Shown piece after piece: positions 13,985-24,700 of a DNA stretch of 40,191 bases. Each line of letters begins with the position of its first letter. Position 1 is the first letter of the stretch. A program made the position numbers and the translations under genes. Source of the stretch: Kipferlia bialata. Its lineage: Eukaryota. The DNA lies in contig BDIP01000035.1 in NCBI GenBank assembly GCA_003568945.1, positions 1-40,191 of the forward strand, read 5' to 3'. The notes below the pieces were generated by a model. The model saw only the letters and a list, made by a program, of their open reading frames with translations. It was not told the origin of the DNA and made no database searches.

Positions 13985-15457
13985 CTCAGGATGGCCACCT
14001 CTCAGTCTGCCCCCAGGCACTGCCGCATCATCACCCTACCCCACGCCCTGCCCACTAGTGACAGTACCACTACTATGGATGAGAGTGACGCCACTGCCAT
14101 TGGAGTACGCACTGCCCTGACCGCCTATGACTCCGGTGTCTCTGTGGATGCACTCTCTCTGGGCCAGAGGTTCAGAGACACTGTATCTGCCCACACCCGT
14201 ATGGATGCCAATATTGCCAAGAGAGAGGGGCCACAGGACCTGTTCCCCACCACCAGTGGGTACATGGCACTCACACCTGACGCTCTGGTGAGTATTTCTA
14301 TGATAGCAGATACATTGTCATATATGTGTAGTTTCTTATAGTATGTCTCACCCCTCTCCCTCTGACCCCCCAGATCTGTCTAGAGCCCATCGACACACAC
14401 TACCAGGTCCCCCTGTCTGAGTGTCTATCCGGCATAGAGATGGCCGTTCCCCTGTCACCCCCCATGGGAGGCATGTCCATGTTCCCCTTGCCCTCTATGG
14501 GTATGGGCAGTGGACAGCACAGTGGGGACATCACTATGCTAGGGAGTGCCAGTGGTGGGGAGGGAGAGGGAAGGGAGGAGGACAACTCTGATCTGTGCGG
14601 TCTGGACAGGGCTATACTGCAGAGACACAGTGATGTGCACACAACAGCAGAGATGGGAAGGAGGGAGGGAGAGAGACCCAGAGAGTACACATTCACTGAG
14701 ACCTCTAGTCAGCTGCTGGATGAGACATTTGCCACAAGGTATGATCCTACTACTACCACTCATATACATATACAGTGTATACCCTATCCATATATACCCC
14801 CCCCCTCTCACCCCTAGGCATGCCTCTGGTGGTCACACCCACCTGGCCCTGTCGTCTCTAGGCAGGGGTCTAGGCCATGCTCTGGTGACAGAGGCTGTGG
14901 TGGGTATGTGTGCAAGTGGCGCCGTAACACCCACACACACACCCACACCCCACACCGATATCATGTCCTGTGGGGTGTCGCTATCTAGTGGCAAGGTGTC
15001 TACGCTGGGTAGGGTGCGTACTGTACTAGCACCCCCACCCGCTGCATCGGTCACAGCACCACAGGCACACAAGACACTGCCGGACCCAGCTGTCAATGCT
15101 CTGCCCCCTATCCCTGCGCCTCTCCTATCAGCCCTACCCCCCTCTCTCGTCTATGGACCATTGGCTGTGGGGGTGGGTGTGGCGGCACATGCCTGCAAGG
15201 CTGTCAGTGGGCTGGAGGACACCCTCACTTTACTAGAGACAGAGAGAGAGGCACTGTGCCCCCCTACAACCGGGGCTGGGGGTATGAATGCAGGGGAGAG
15301 GTGCTGTGCCGCACTGGCTGCTATAGGCAGTCTCTCCCCATCTGTTGTCAGACCCCATGTGCCTGAGACAGGTGATGGGGATGGTAGTGCATACCCTAGC
15401 TGTGGGGCCCTGGTGGCTCTGGAGGACAGCGTCAATAGGGGTAGAAGGTGGGAGTAG
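71..15457 (+). CDS. Multi-exon gene (about 50 exons here, 5' end upstream of the window): divergent TRRAP/Tra1-like PIKK-family pseudokinase (helical solenoid, FAT, degenerate kinase, FATC-like end)
   Basis: Hand splicing at GT..CTNACCCCAG gives a continuous frame, e.g. exons 71-195, 360-459, 826-917, 1215-1294, 2000-2080, 2174-2285 and last exon 14818-15457 (TAG). Motifs resemble TRRAP/Tra1 as I recall it, in the right order: YLTPNYLQQRCVHRHNALDTLLECL (cf. LLSKDYH..Q...RPNVVQALLEG), YQLQMSLLGEQHQWHALFDIAK (cf. QW.AL.D/E), RRARHLGRP, HRVPFLLDRI (cf. IPQLL), SLSSGKV, LVYGPLAVGVGVAAHAC (cf. GVSGPLTASMIAVARC). No database search was run. Confidence 0.65.
1254..1710 (+). repeat. Exon 3' end plus donor repeated five times (ETQDMPYRALETIR|gt): one working copy and four echoes
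   Basis: GAGACACAGGACATGCCATACAGGGCACTGGAGACTATTAG|GT-like units end at 1294, 1391, 1517, 1610 and 1705, separated by TA-rich spacers. Confidence 0.95.
1989..1999 (+). promoter_or_regulatory. Example of the fused branch-point/3' splice-site motif CT(A/C/T/G)ACCCC(C)AG used by most introns here
   Basis: ctaacccccag; the same motif is at 61-70 (cttaccccag), 348-359, about 1205-1214 and dozens of other acceptors on both strands. Confidence 0.8.
2763..2995 (+). repeat. Recent tandem triplication of exon end plus donor, with near-identical intron spacers
   Basis: TACCTGC(T/G)GAGCAGTCACACGACACGGC(A/C)CACAG|GTA occurs three times; two spacers share tatgtatattgcatactaaagcatatata. Confidence 0.95.
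6194..6486. other. Assembly gap (N run) inside an intron of the TRRAP-like gene
   Basis: The Ns are flanked by two copies of the same exon end (HLWGEVDRVVEALRK|gt), the likely cause of the break. Confidence 0.97.
14818..15457 (+). CDS. Terminal exon of the TRRAP-like gene (degenerate PIKK C-lobe and FATC-like tail)
   Basis: Acceptor ctcacccctag ends at 14817. The frame is open to TAG 15455-15457 and matches the 3' part of ORF 14546..15457. There is no DRH..N or DFG motif. Confidence 0.7.
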
Positions 15458-15649
15458 ACAGAATGGATGCTCCCACATGAATAGATATAGTATTCAACAC
15501 TTGCTCGTCTGTCATTTATAGGTCTATACATGTATGTGTCTGTATGTGGTAAGAAAGGGACGCCCTGCCAAGGCTAGAATTTAGCTCGGTGGGTCATACC
15601 ATATAACTGTGAAAAGAGAAAGCTGGCTGGGTCTAACCCAGACCAGACC

Positions 15650-16501
15650 CTATACATGGCACACCTTCAACACAAATGCCCTTTTGGAGTAGTCTGTTAT
15701 GACTAGAACACTGTCACTACTAAGGACACAGACCCTATACACCCTCTCGCTCCTGGAAATACCCAATACACTTGCCACAAGTCCAAGGTCCACACTCTCC
15801 CCGGATACCCTCTCATGCAGTCTCACAACCTGTCTGTATCCCGTTGATATCTCCATTAGGACCCTATCTAGAGGGAGTAGGGTTCCTAGGGCCTCTCCCT
15901 CTCTGAGGGTCTCAGTCACAGTGCTACCCTCTCTTAGGCCGCACAGCCCACTCTCCCCATACCAATACCACTCTTCAGCCCCTTTCACCAGGATGTAGGT
16001 CTCAGTACGAGGGAGAAGGTCGGTGCATTCACTCCACTCTCTTGTCTCTGTATTGTAGAAAACGGTCGTGGTTGGGTATCCAAGTGGCTCTCGGAACCAC
16101 AGACTCTTCTCGACGACTCCTGAGGCACGTTCATCTATGATTCGTCTAGACTGCTCGTAGACGAGAGTTTCAACCAGCCTCCATGTGTGTGTGTCTAGCG
16201 ACAGCGCCCAGAGTGCTATTTTGTCGGTATAGAGAGGGACCTCCTTGGCATATACATCACCACCCACACGGCCAATGGGGGAAAGATTGCCGGCTGGGCA
16301 CCACACCATCTCTTTATGAATCGTGTAGTCACTGCGGATGGTGATTATGACCGCCACGTATCTACCACTAGTCAAGTGTCTTCCAATCCCAATTGCTTGG
16401 TTCTGACCTAGGCTGTGGAGTTTCATATCGGGTACATCGTGGCCCCAGAGCTTGAGAGGTATCTCTGTAGCCAGGAGCTGAATTTGAGGCTCCAGTGACA
16501 T
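15650..16501 (-). CDS. Intronless hypothetical protein (about 283 aa), possibly kelch-like beta-propeller; paralog of 17338-18213
   Basis: Long ORF free of microsatellites. The start at MSLEPQIQ was chosen because it aligns with MTLEPLIQ in the neighbour. Shared motifs: PIGR, VYAK, WALSLDT.TWR..ETL, LWFR, YNTETREWSE, GAEEWYWY, SKRAFVL.V. YNTETREW resembles the kelch YDP.T..W strand. Confidence 0.8.
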   Translation of the reverse strand: MSLEPQIQLLATEIPLKLWGHDVPDMKLHSLGQNQAIGIGRHLTSGRYVAVIITIRSDYTIHKEMVWCPAGNLSPIGRVGGDVYAKEVPLYTDKIALWALSLDTHTWRLVETLVYEQSRRIIDERASGVVEKSLWFREPLGYPTTTVFYNTETREWSECTDLLPRTETYILVKGAEEWYWYGESGLCGLREGSTVTETLREGEALGTLLPLDRVLMEISTGYRQVVRLHERVSGESVDLGLVASVLGISRSERVYRVCVLSSDSVLVITDYSKRAFVLKVCHV

Positions 16502-17337
16502 ATGTGCGGTATAGAAGCAGGGGATGAAGGACACAAATAGCTCACACGAGAGTATCACTAATTGAGGGTTTCATAGTGATACTTTCATTCCAAGCAGAAG
16601 TCATGTACACTTATATGACACTAAGTTAGTGTGCATGACATTTTACGTTATGTCTCAGCGTCTACGCGTCTCAGCGTCTCATTAGTCTACCCACGCCATG
16701 CAAGTAGGAGGGCCATTATTACCCAGGCACTGTTGTATTGAAAGACGATGGCATTGAGACGCAGCCCATTCAACACATTCAATGTGACATTAGTTGACCT
16801 TGATGTTGCGCTTGAACCCAAAAGTGTGATTCACACTGTGAATGGTACATTTGTAACCTCAACTAGACAGAATCTCCTAGCTGGCAGACATTCACCCCAT
16901 ATACAAGTCTGATACTGGTCTGAGTCAGACCGTAGCATCACCTGTATCAACCATCCAATATGTCGATGAGTTTGAAAACTCTATCTGATATCTCAATGCA
17001 TATGATGTATATGATGTATGGGATGTATATGATAGAGCATTACTGAGGTGATGGTCTTCTTACTGCACATGTTGTTTTGCATCAGCGTTAACCGGGGTAG
17101 ATGGAGGGAGTAGGCAGACTCTGCAGCGGAGAGAGCATATGTTCCAACAAGAATACATATAGTGATCATACTTTGAATGTTGTTCTCTGTTCAACAGCAT
17201 CTGTTGTATATGCAAAGCATTCAAGTTCATAGATCCAGCTAAATGCGTCGTACTCTAATGATCAGAAATTCTCTGATTTATGAAGTCTCAGCCTGAGACT
17301 CAGGGAGTATCACAATGTGAAGATATGCTGGCTGAAT

Positions 17338-18213
17338 CTAACCTAGACTAGACCCTATACGTGACACTTCCAGTACAAATGCCCTTTTGGAGTGTGTTAT
17401 CACTAGGACCCTGTCATCACCGAGCACACATGCAGTTAGGACCCTCTCTTTTGTGGATGAGCCCAAAACACTCCCGATGGGTCCAAGGTCCAGGCACTCA
17501 CCAGATATCCTATCATGCACTCTTAAAACCGGCCTGGAGCAATTGGGTATCTCCAGAAGTGTCCTTTCTAAAGGGAGGAGTATTCTGGGAAGCCCGTCGT
17601 GATGGTTATTGTCTGTGAGTGTCTCAGCCTCGTCGTGTTCTGTTCTCTGACTGTACAGGCGTTGCTGAGGACCTCGTCCCGCGTACCAGTACCACTCCTC
17701 TGCCCCAGTTACTACACGATGCAGACACTCACGTGGGTGGCCGGCCACCTCACTCCACTCTCTGGTCTCTGTGTTGTAGAGCATAGTGACATGATCGACT
17801 CGGAACCATAGACACTCGTCAATGATGCCTCTGCCGTTTAGATGTCGCATCCGTTCAGTCTGGTCTGTCAGAGTCTCCAGGACCCTCCAAGTCTCTGTGT
17901 CTAGAGACAGAGCCCATATAGCCCCTTGGCAAACCCCAGGTGGGGCAACCGTCTTAGCATATACCACACCCCATATACGACCTATAGGGTGGCACTGCGG
18001 CTTTGGACACATTAGAGGGTGTATATCGACTGTGTCGTCACTCTGTAGAGTCACTATGAATGGGAAGAGTGAACTACTAGTGACTGGGAACCCGGTAGGT
18101 AACCTAACACACAGTGCCTGGCTGTGACCTATGGGGTGGAGGTACATTGACCATTCAAACACACTCCAGCTTATCTCTGTAGCGTGTATCTGGATAAGAG
18201 GCTCTAGTGTCAT
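17338..18213 (-). CDS. Intronless hypothetical protein (about 291 aa), possibly kelch-like beta-propeller; paralog of 15650-16501
   Basis: Long ORF colinear with its paralog over the full length. ATG at 18213 (MTLEPLIQIHATEI), TAG at 17338-17340. Confidence 0.8.
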   Translation of the reverse strand: MTLEPLIQIHATEISWSVFEWSMYLHPIGHSQALCVRLPTGFPVTSSSLFPFIVTLQSDDTVDIHPLMCPKPQCHPIGRIWGVVYAKTVAPPGVCQGAIWALSLDTETWRVLETLTDQTERMRHLNGRGIIDECLWFRVDHVTMLYNTETREWSEVAGHPRECLHRVVTGAEEWYWYAGRGPQQRLYSQRTEHDEAETLTDNNHHDGLPRILLPLERTLLEIPNCSRPVLRVHDRISGECLDLGPIGSVLGSSTKERVLTACVLGDDRVLVITHSKRAFVLEVSRIGSSLG

Positions 18214-18329
18214 ATTATGTGAAGTAGAGGGTAAAGAGTGGAGTAGTACAGTAATGGTTCGTACTGATTCCATACTGTTGGATGAGGACTTCACTTCAAC
18301 AAAGATGGTTTCTCATGTACTGAGTGAGG

Positions 18330-18403
18330 GCCTCAGAGTCTGAGGCAGACTGACACTGTCAGTCAATTGCTGTACTCATTAGTGGTGAGTCACCACTAAT
18401 GAG
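18330..18403. promoter_or_regulatory. Three adjacent perfect palindromes upstream of the 18213 ATG
   Basis: GCCTCAGA-g-TCTGAGGC (18330-18346), GACTGACA-c-TGTCAGTC (18348-18364) and CTCATTAGTGGTGA-g-TCACCACTAATGAG (18375-18403). The palindromes are certain; a regulatory role is a guess. Confidence 0.45.
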
Positions 18404-18599
18404 GACTGTAGAGTAAACGAATTGCTGTAGACGGCCTCAGATGACCCAAGGTGCGAGGCATATTTGATTGCTACAGGAACACTGTTTAAGTGATTGGTTC
18501 TGATATGTCTATGTGTTTATCTGATACGATGGATAATTCCTGCCGCATACATATGTTGCATCTATTGTTGCATCTATTGTCTAGTGTCTATCGTTGCAT

Positions 18600-18714
18600 C
18601 TAGCAGTTGAGGGTGAGTGCGCTCTCTCTCCTCCTGCCCCTAGTGGCTGCACTCAGCCGACCCCTAACGGGCAGAATGCCCCAGTTGCCAGGGTTGGTGT
18701 GCAGCAGCACATAC
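18600..18714 (-). CDS. Terminal exon of the USP7-like gene
   Basis: Acceptor ctcaaccccag, then (R)YVLLHTNPGNWGILPVRGRLSAATRGRRESALTLNC-TAG, in phase with exon 18966-19058. Confidence 0.75.
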
Positions 18715-21700
18715 CTGGGGTTGAGAGTGTATATTCAATAATTATACAGTAACGCATCTAGTAAATTCTGTAATATATATCGGTGTGCAGCAATACATAC
18801 CTGGGGGTGAAATTAGGGTATGAAATTTCTATACAGTAGAACACAAATTAGTATATATGGTAACGTACACATTGGAGTGGAGCAGCAGTACCTCGGTGGG
18901 GGATGGTGACTTATGTAATGGATATCTACTTTCCAATACTATGTTCATGTATTCAACAGCCTCACCTGTCTCCTTTGTGAAGCTTGGGCAGGGGTCTCTC
19001 TCTCTCCCTGTCTCTACCCCTCAGGGTCTTACTGAGGGGCCTACCCACCCTGGCACCCCTGGGAGTGGGTGGCAGAAGACACATACCACATACGTACTAG
19101 AGAGTATAGCATACACATTCAATGGAATAATGACGTTATGACTGTGAAGACGCACCTGTGATCCACCACCACGAGTGACCACTCTCTCTCTCTCTCCCTC
19201 TCCCCGGCTATCTCCCCCTCCAGGGGTACTGCTAGATCGGAGTACTCTGTCTCACATGCCGCAAAGGGGAGGGAGGGTGCACTGCTTACAGCATCCACAG
19301 CTGAACTAGTAGCACTACTACACCCATCTACAGTGACAGAGGGTGATGTCTCTGTGTGTGTGTCAGAGTCTGCTCTGGAGGCCTTCTCTCTCTCTGCCTC
19401 TCTCTCTCTCCTCTCCTTGGCCTTCTGTCTCAGAGACTCCTGCCTCTGCCTGGGGGTCAAACAGAATAGAATGACATGTAAAAGACTGTAAGAAAGTATG
19501 GGGGTCAGTCTAGGCTAGTTTCTTGCACGCACCAAGGTATTGGGTTGACTCACTCCACTGTGTCGAATGGATCTCCCATCCATGTACCATTATACACATG
19601 TAGACATATAGTTATACATATACATGTATACTTTGTGTATCTCACCTGACTGTGTCGAATGCCTGTACACACACATTAAAAAATATAAATATATATATGA
19701 ATATAGTCACATGATGTACACTACCTGACTGTGTCGAATGCCTGTCCCTGGTCACTACACATACATACATATATAGATATACATAGAGACCCATATAGTT
19801 ATACACACAAATATGGTGCATCCCACCTGACTGTGTCGAATGCCTGTCCCACCCTAGTCACTATGCTCAGACAGGACTCAGGGGCCTGGGGGGTGAGGTG
19901 GCTGCACAAAGAATACATGTATGTTCATGTAAATATCCACTCTTACCTCCGCTGTCCCCCCCAACTGTAACAATCACTATATATATATATACAACTGTAC
20001 ATAGATACACATACTGGAAGTCAGAGAGTGTCTACCCACCTCCTGTGTCCCCCCCACCGTCACTATGAGTGGGTGGCCAAACAGAATGGCACCTGACCCG
20101 TACTGAGTCATGGAAACACTCCTAGGGGTGAGGAGAGACAGTCGTGCACTCTACATATACACCAATATATACCCCAGAATAGATAAAACATCACCCGTAC
20201 TGGGTCATGGACCAACTCCTAGGGGTGAGGACAATAGAAATGGCGTAGAAACTCCACAATCGTATAGCCGTTCACGTACTATCAATATTGTACATAATGA
20301 CACATGTACACCCACCTGTGCCGCATCGCTGTGGGGAAGGACCCGTGGTGCAGGATGATCTAGGGGGTTAGGAGGGGTGCGTGAATACATATATATATCA
20401 AGACTACATGTCAAGGCCAGGGTAGGGAAGAGAGGATGCATCCAAAATCACTCGGTTAGAAAGAGGTATAGAGAAGGTACATGCGATGAGAGCAATTGAA
20501 CACACACACACACACACACACACACACCTGGCGTCTGTGGTGATGGACCTTGGGCTTGTCAGCCTTCTCTGTCTTCTCCGCAGTGCTGGTACCAGCCTCA
20601 CCCCCGGGGGCATCGCCGGCCTGGGCCTTCTTGGCCTGGTCCTCTGCCTCTCTCTCCCCCTCTTCACCTAGACTAGTGCTCCTCTTCCCACTCACAGCAG
20701 GGGTCTCTCTCTTTCTCTCCCCTACCTCTCCATCTCCCTCTGCCTTAGTAGGAGTGAGTGTCTCCGCACTGGGTAGAGTGTCAGCCAGAAGGGTCGGGGG
20801 GCGGTGCTCCTCAGCCTCATTATGCTCAGCCTCTCTCTCTCCCTTTGTCTCTGTCTCTGTCTGTGTGGGAGGTGTGCTCTGGGACTCAGCGGCAGGGGTG
20901 TCCTATAGATGAGATACTGATAACCCACTAGTATAATACACTACATACCCATATACTTCCATTTAGAAGTATAGACCAATACACTACATACCCCCGGTGT
21001 GACTGGGTCCGACACCGAGACAGGTGCAGAGACAGTGGCAACGGGTACGAGGTGAGGGTGGATGGGGGGCTGGGGTAAGGACGCGTATTGCAGCACAAAT
21101 CTTGAGAATATAATGAAGTCAGATCAGATGTATGGATACGTATATGCACATATATGTTGATATCCACCTATACACTCAGATACATACGGTGACATAGACA
21201 TACACACCTTGTGGGTAACTGGGGCAGTCTCTGCCGCAGCCAATGTGTCTGGAAGGTAAGAGGGAAAGGAGGTAATATACATATTCAAGAGGCGTTACAG
21301 TACGACAGAGGAGCTGGTAAATATGTGCTGAAACACGGATGTTAATAACACAGACACACTATCTTTGTATTTACAGTTGTATATACATACACTCCATACC
21401 TCCCTCTGTGGGTGGCAGTGTCTCCAGGGCAGGGTGGCCATACTCGGCCCTGAGGGGTGAGGTAATGGTTAGATGGGTATATATGTGTATATATCATGCA
21501 AAGATATTGTATTTGAATACCATACTCAGCCCTACTGATTGAAGGGAGACACATAGTGTTCATAGCATGTACAACAGTACAAACCAATACATACATTCAT
21601 ACCTATAGAATGGGCTTAGGCACCCTCTAACTGCCTCTGTGAGTGTGACATCTGCCATTGAGGGGGTCAGGAAGCGCATGATACGGCCAGAGGTGTCAGC

Positions 21701-24700
21701 AGCCACCATGTATCTGAGTGTTAGTGTATATTATGAATACATGCATAAACATACAGTAGCATTAGTATACTAGTGACAGGGCCAGAAGAGTCATCATGTA
21801 CCTGAGAGTGAGTAAATGCATATACATAGTGACGTATTGATATTATGAATAACCACTCACACTGATACTTGAGTCAAAACGATGTTCATAGGGTGTGAGA
21901 TAATACATACGGTGCATACTTAGTGCACATGACATAAACGAACCTGATGCTCTGCGTGTCATACTCATCCACACTCTCTCCCTCTCCCTCTCCCTCTCCC
22001 TCTCTCTGTCTCTTCCTCAACAGACCATCCTGTCTCAGTCTCTCAATGACACCAGCGTACAGATGCCTCAGCCTGGCGTCCTTTCTATGGTTAGACAAAT
22101 ATACATCAATACTATACCGTCATAACACACATAGTACATATACTCTCATCTCTATGACTGGATGTCTCAGTCTGGCGTCCATCCTATGGTTAGAGTCATG
22201 TAAATATAGCGGTGTATGTACAGAATATTGGGAATTATGACTATATGTATACATACCTAGGCACCAGCACTGTGATGTCACCAATGGGTAGAGGAAATAT
22301 ATATATATATATATGAATATATATATCTACCACACCATACCTAGGCACCAGCACTGTGATGTCACCAATGGGTAGAGGAATATATACAACTACAGGTATA
22401 TATACATGTACGAATGAATAAGTCCATCCATATATACCTAGGCACCAGCACTGTGATATCCCCGATCGGCAAGGGATAAGATATACTTACACTAGTATAG
22501 GTATATATATAAATACATATCTATATATATATCTGTATATCGATATGCATACCTCGGTACCAGCACCGTGATGTCTCTGATGGGTAGGGGCTCCTCTCCA
22601 AACCATACAACACGCACTGGGAGTGAGAAGACAGGTATACAGGAAGACACTCTAAAAATATATAAGTACATTGTATCTATTAGTATTTATCCAGAATATT
22701 TCATGTCATCAATAGTGTGTATACATACATACCTGGCGTGGTGTGTGTGTACACGGCCGGGGGCACGGTGAGTCTGCGATAGAACAGACGGTACGAGCCA
22801 TAGGAGCCCCTGGGGTTAAGGATAAAAATATGTAGTTAATCTATCCAACATGGGTGGTCGCATCCCCAACCTGAAGAAGGTAGCGAGTGTGACTGGTGGC
22901 TTCACCCAAAACATGGTCTCTCTCTGAATATACACGCACATAAATATGAGTGAATATATACTCCTACCTGAGGAACGTGGCGAGTGTGACTGGTGCCCTC
23001 TTCCCCCACACCCCCTCCTCTGTCCTATCCAGGGTGTCTAGAGGCATGTCTGATGCCTGTACAGATCTGTACTGGGATATAGGGGTGTACTTGGTCATGC
23101 CGTAGGTGTCCTGAGGGTGAGACATCGTATATATATGTATATATATACTATCAAAATATATATGTATATATAATCGCCACATTATGTATGTGGTCATCCC
23201 ATAGGTGTCCTGAGAAGTATCAGCATCGGCGTATGACAGAGAGATAGAAATACATTAGTATAGCAGTATGGTAACACACACTCTCACACACACATATATA
23301 TAGTGCACTTGGTCATGTCATAGGTGTCCTGGGGGTGAGATATTATAGATATCTCTATATTATATTGTATATAGACATTCCATATATATATTGTATTTGG
23401 TCATACCATAGGTGTCGTGGGGGTGAGACTACAGAATGTAGGTATATCACATAATATATAGGCTATATTTATATATTGTGCATATAGATGTAATATAGTG
23501 TAGTATTTGATATGGGGGTGTACTTGGTCATGCCATACGTGTCCTGGGGTGAGATATCAGCCGATGGTATAGAGAATGTGCATATATACACATCTCCATA
23601 TTTGGTTGCGTGAAGAGTATCAATATAGACACACATATGTATTGACATTTACATATACACCCATGTGGATAGATATCTCTACCCACCTGGCTGAGTGTGT
23701 AGAGTATGACTGGGTCTGCTGTGTCAGGGAGAGCATCGGGCCTGGGGGTGAGGACACAGGTATCTCTGCATACATATGATACATCTAAGAAGGGGAGAAA
23801 ACATCTATCAAGTATGTACCAAGTATATACTTAGTATATGAACCTCAGGTATCGGCTCAAGGGTGGAGGAAAATAGCGTTATGTGTATGAATAGAGTATA
23901 TACCTCATGCACGTTGCCGTGGCTGCAGGGGGGATGAGGTGTATATAGGATAAAGCACATGCTCAGTATATACACACATATATATATATAGTATAATAAC
24001 AGTATACACACCTCATGCACGTAGATGTGTCCCTCTGCATGTATGGTGGTATCTCTATATCCTCAGGTACAGTCAGGGCACCAGGTAGAGTGGCACCTGG
24101 GTAAGAGAGATACCCTATATAACACTATCTGTATATACATATAGCAATGTATATATAGCTAGTAGAGTATAGGTACAGTCAGGGAGAGTGCTACCTGGGT
24201 GAGATGGGCTATGGGTAACGATATAAGGAGTATAGTGGTTCATGTACTCGATCTACAACATGGCACTGGCAGCACTTCCAAAGAATACAGTATATAGTCA
24301 TTTGGCAGATACTTTCTATATCCTAAGTACCGTATTGTAAAACATACACATTGAAAATACATATCTCCAAACTGTGTACGGCTACACCCCTACCTATCTG
24401 GCTGCAAAGGTCGGCTGTGACACTAGGCACTGTATCACTCCTAAGGGGTCAGAGAAGCATGACTAAGCGTCATAGTACGTATACATATGTATGATATATG
24501 GACCATATATATACATTTCCATATATATACATTTCCATATATATACATTTCCATATTGAATGCGTACTCAGTAAATGAATATACCTCAGCGCTGACACCG
24601 TGAGCGTCTAGAAATACATGATACTTATATATATATAAACACACTAACATAATGTATAGTATATATATATCTCTGTGTGTATATACCTCAGAGCAGACAC

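Noticed and set aside
13780..15457. Active TOR/ATR/ATM kinase
   Set aside because: No LLKG/DLRQD, GDRH..N or HIDFG motifs are present; the pattern fits a pseudokinase.
16502..16558. Longer N-termini from the ORF track (16558, which is not an ATG, and 18294)
   Set aside because: Similarity between the paralogs starts exactly at M(S/T)LEP.
16560..17337. tRNA, snRNA or transposon in the spacer
   Set aside because: No cloverleaf, recognisable snRNA motif, terminal repeats with target-site duplication or transposase ORF was seen by eye.
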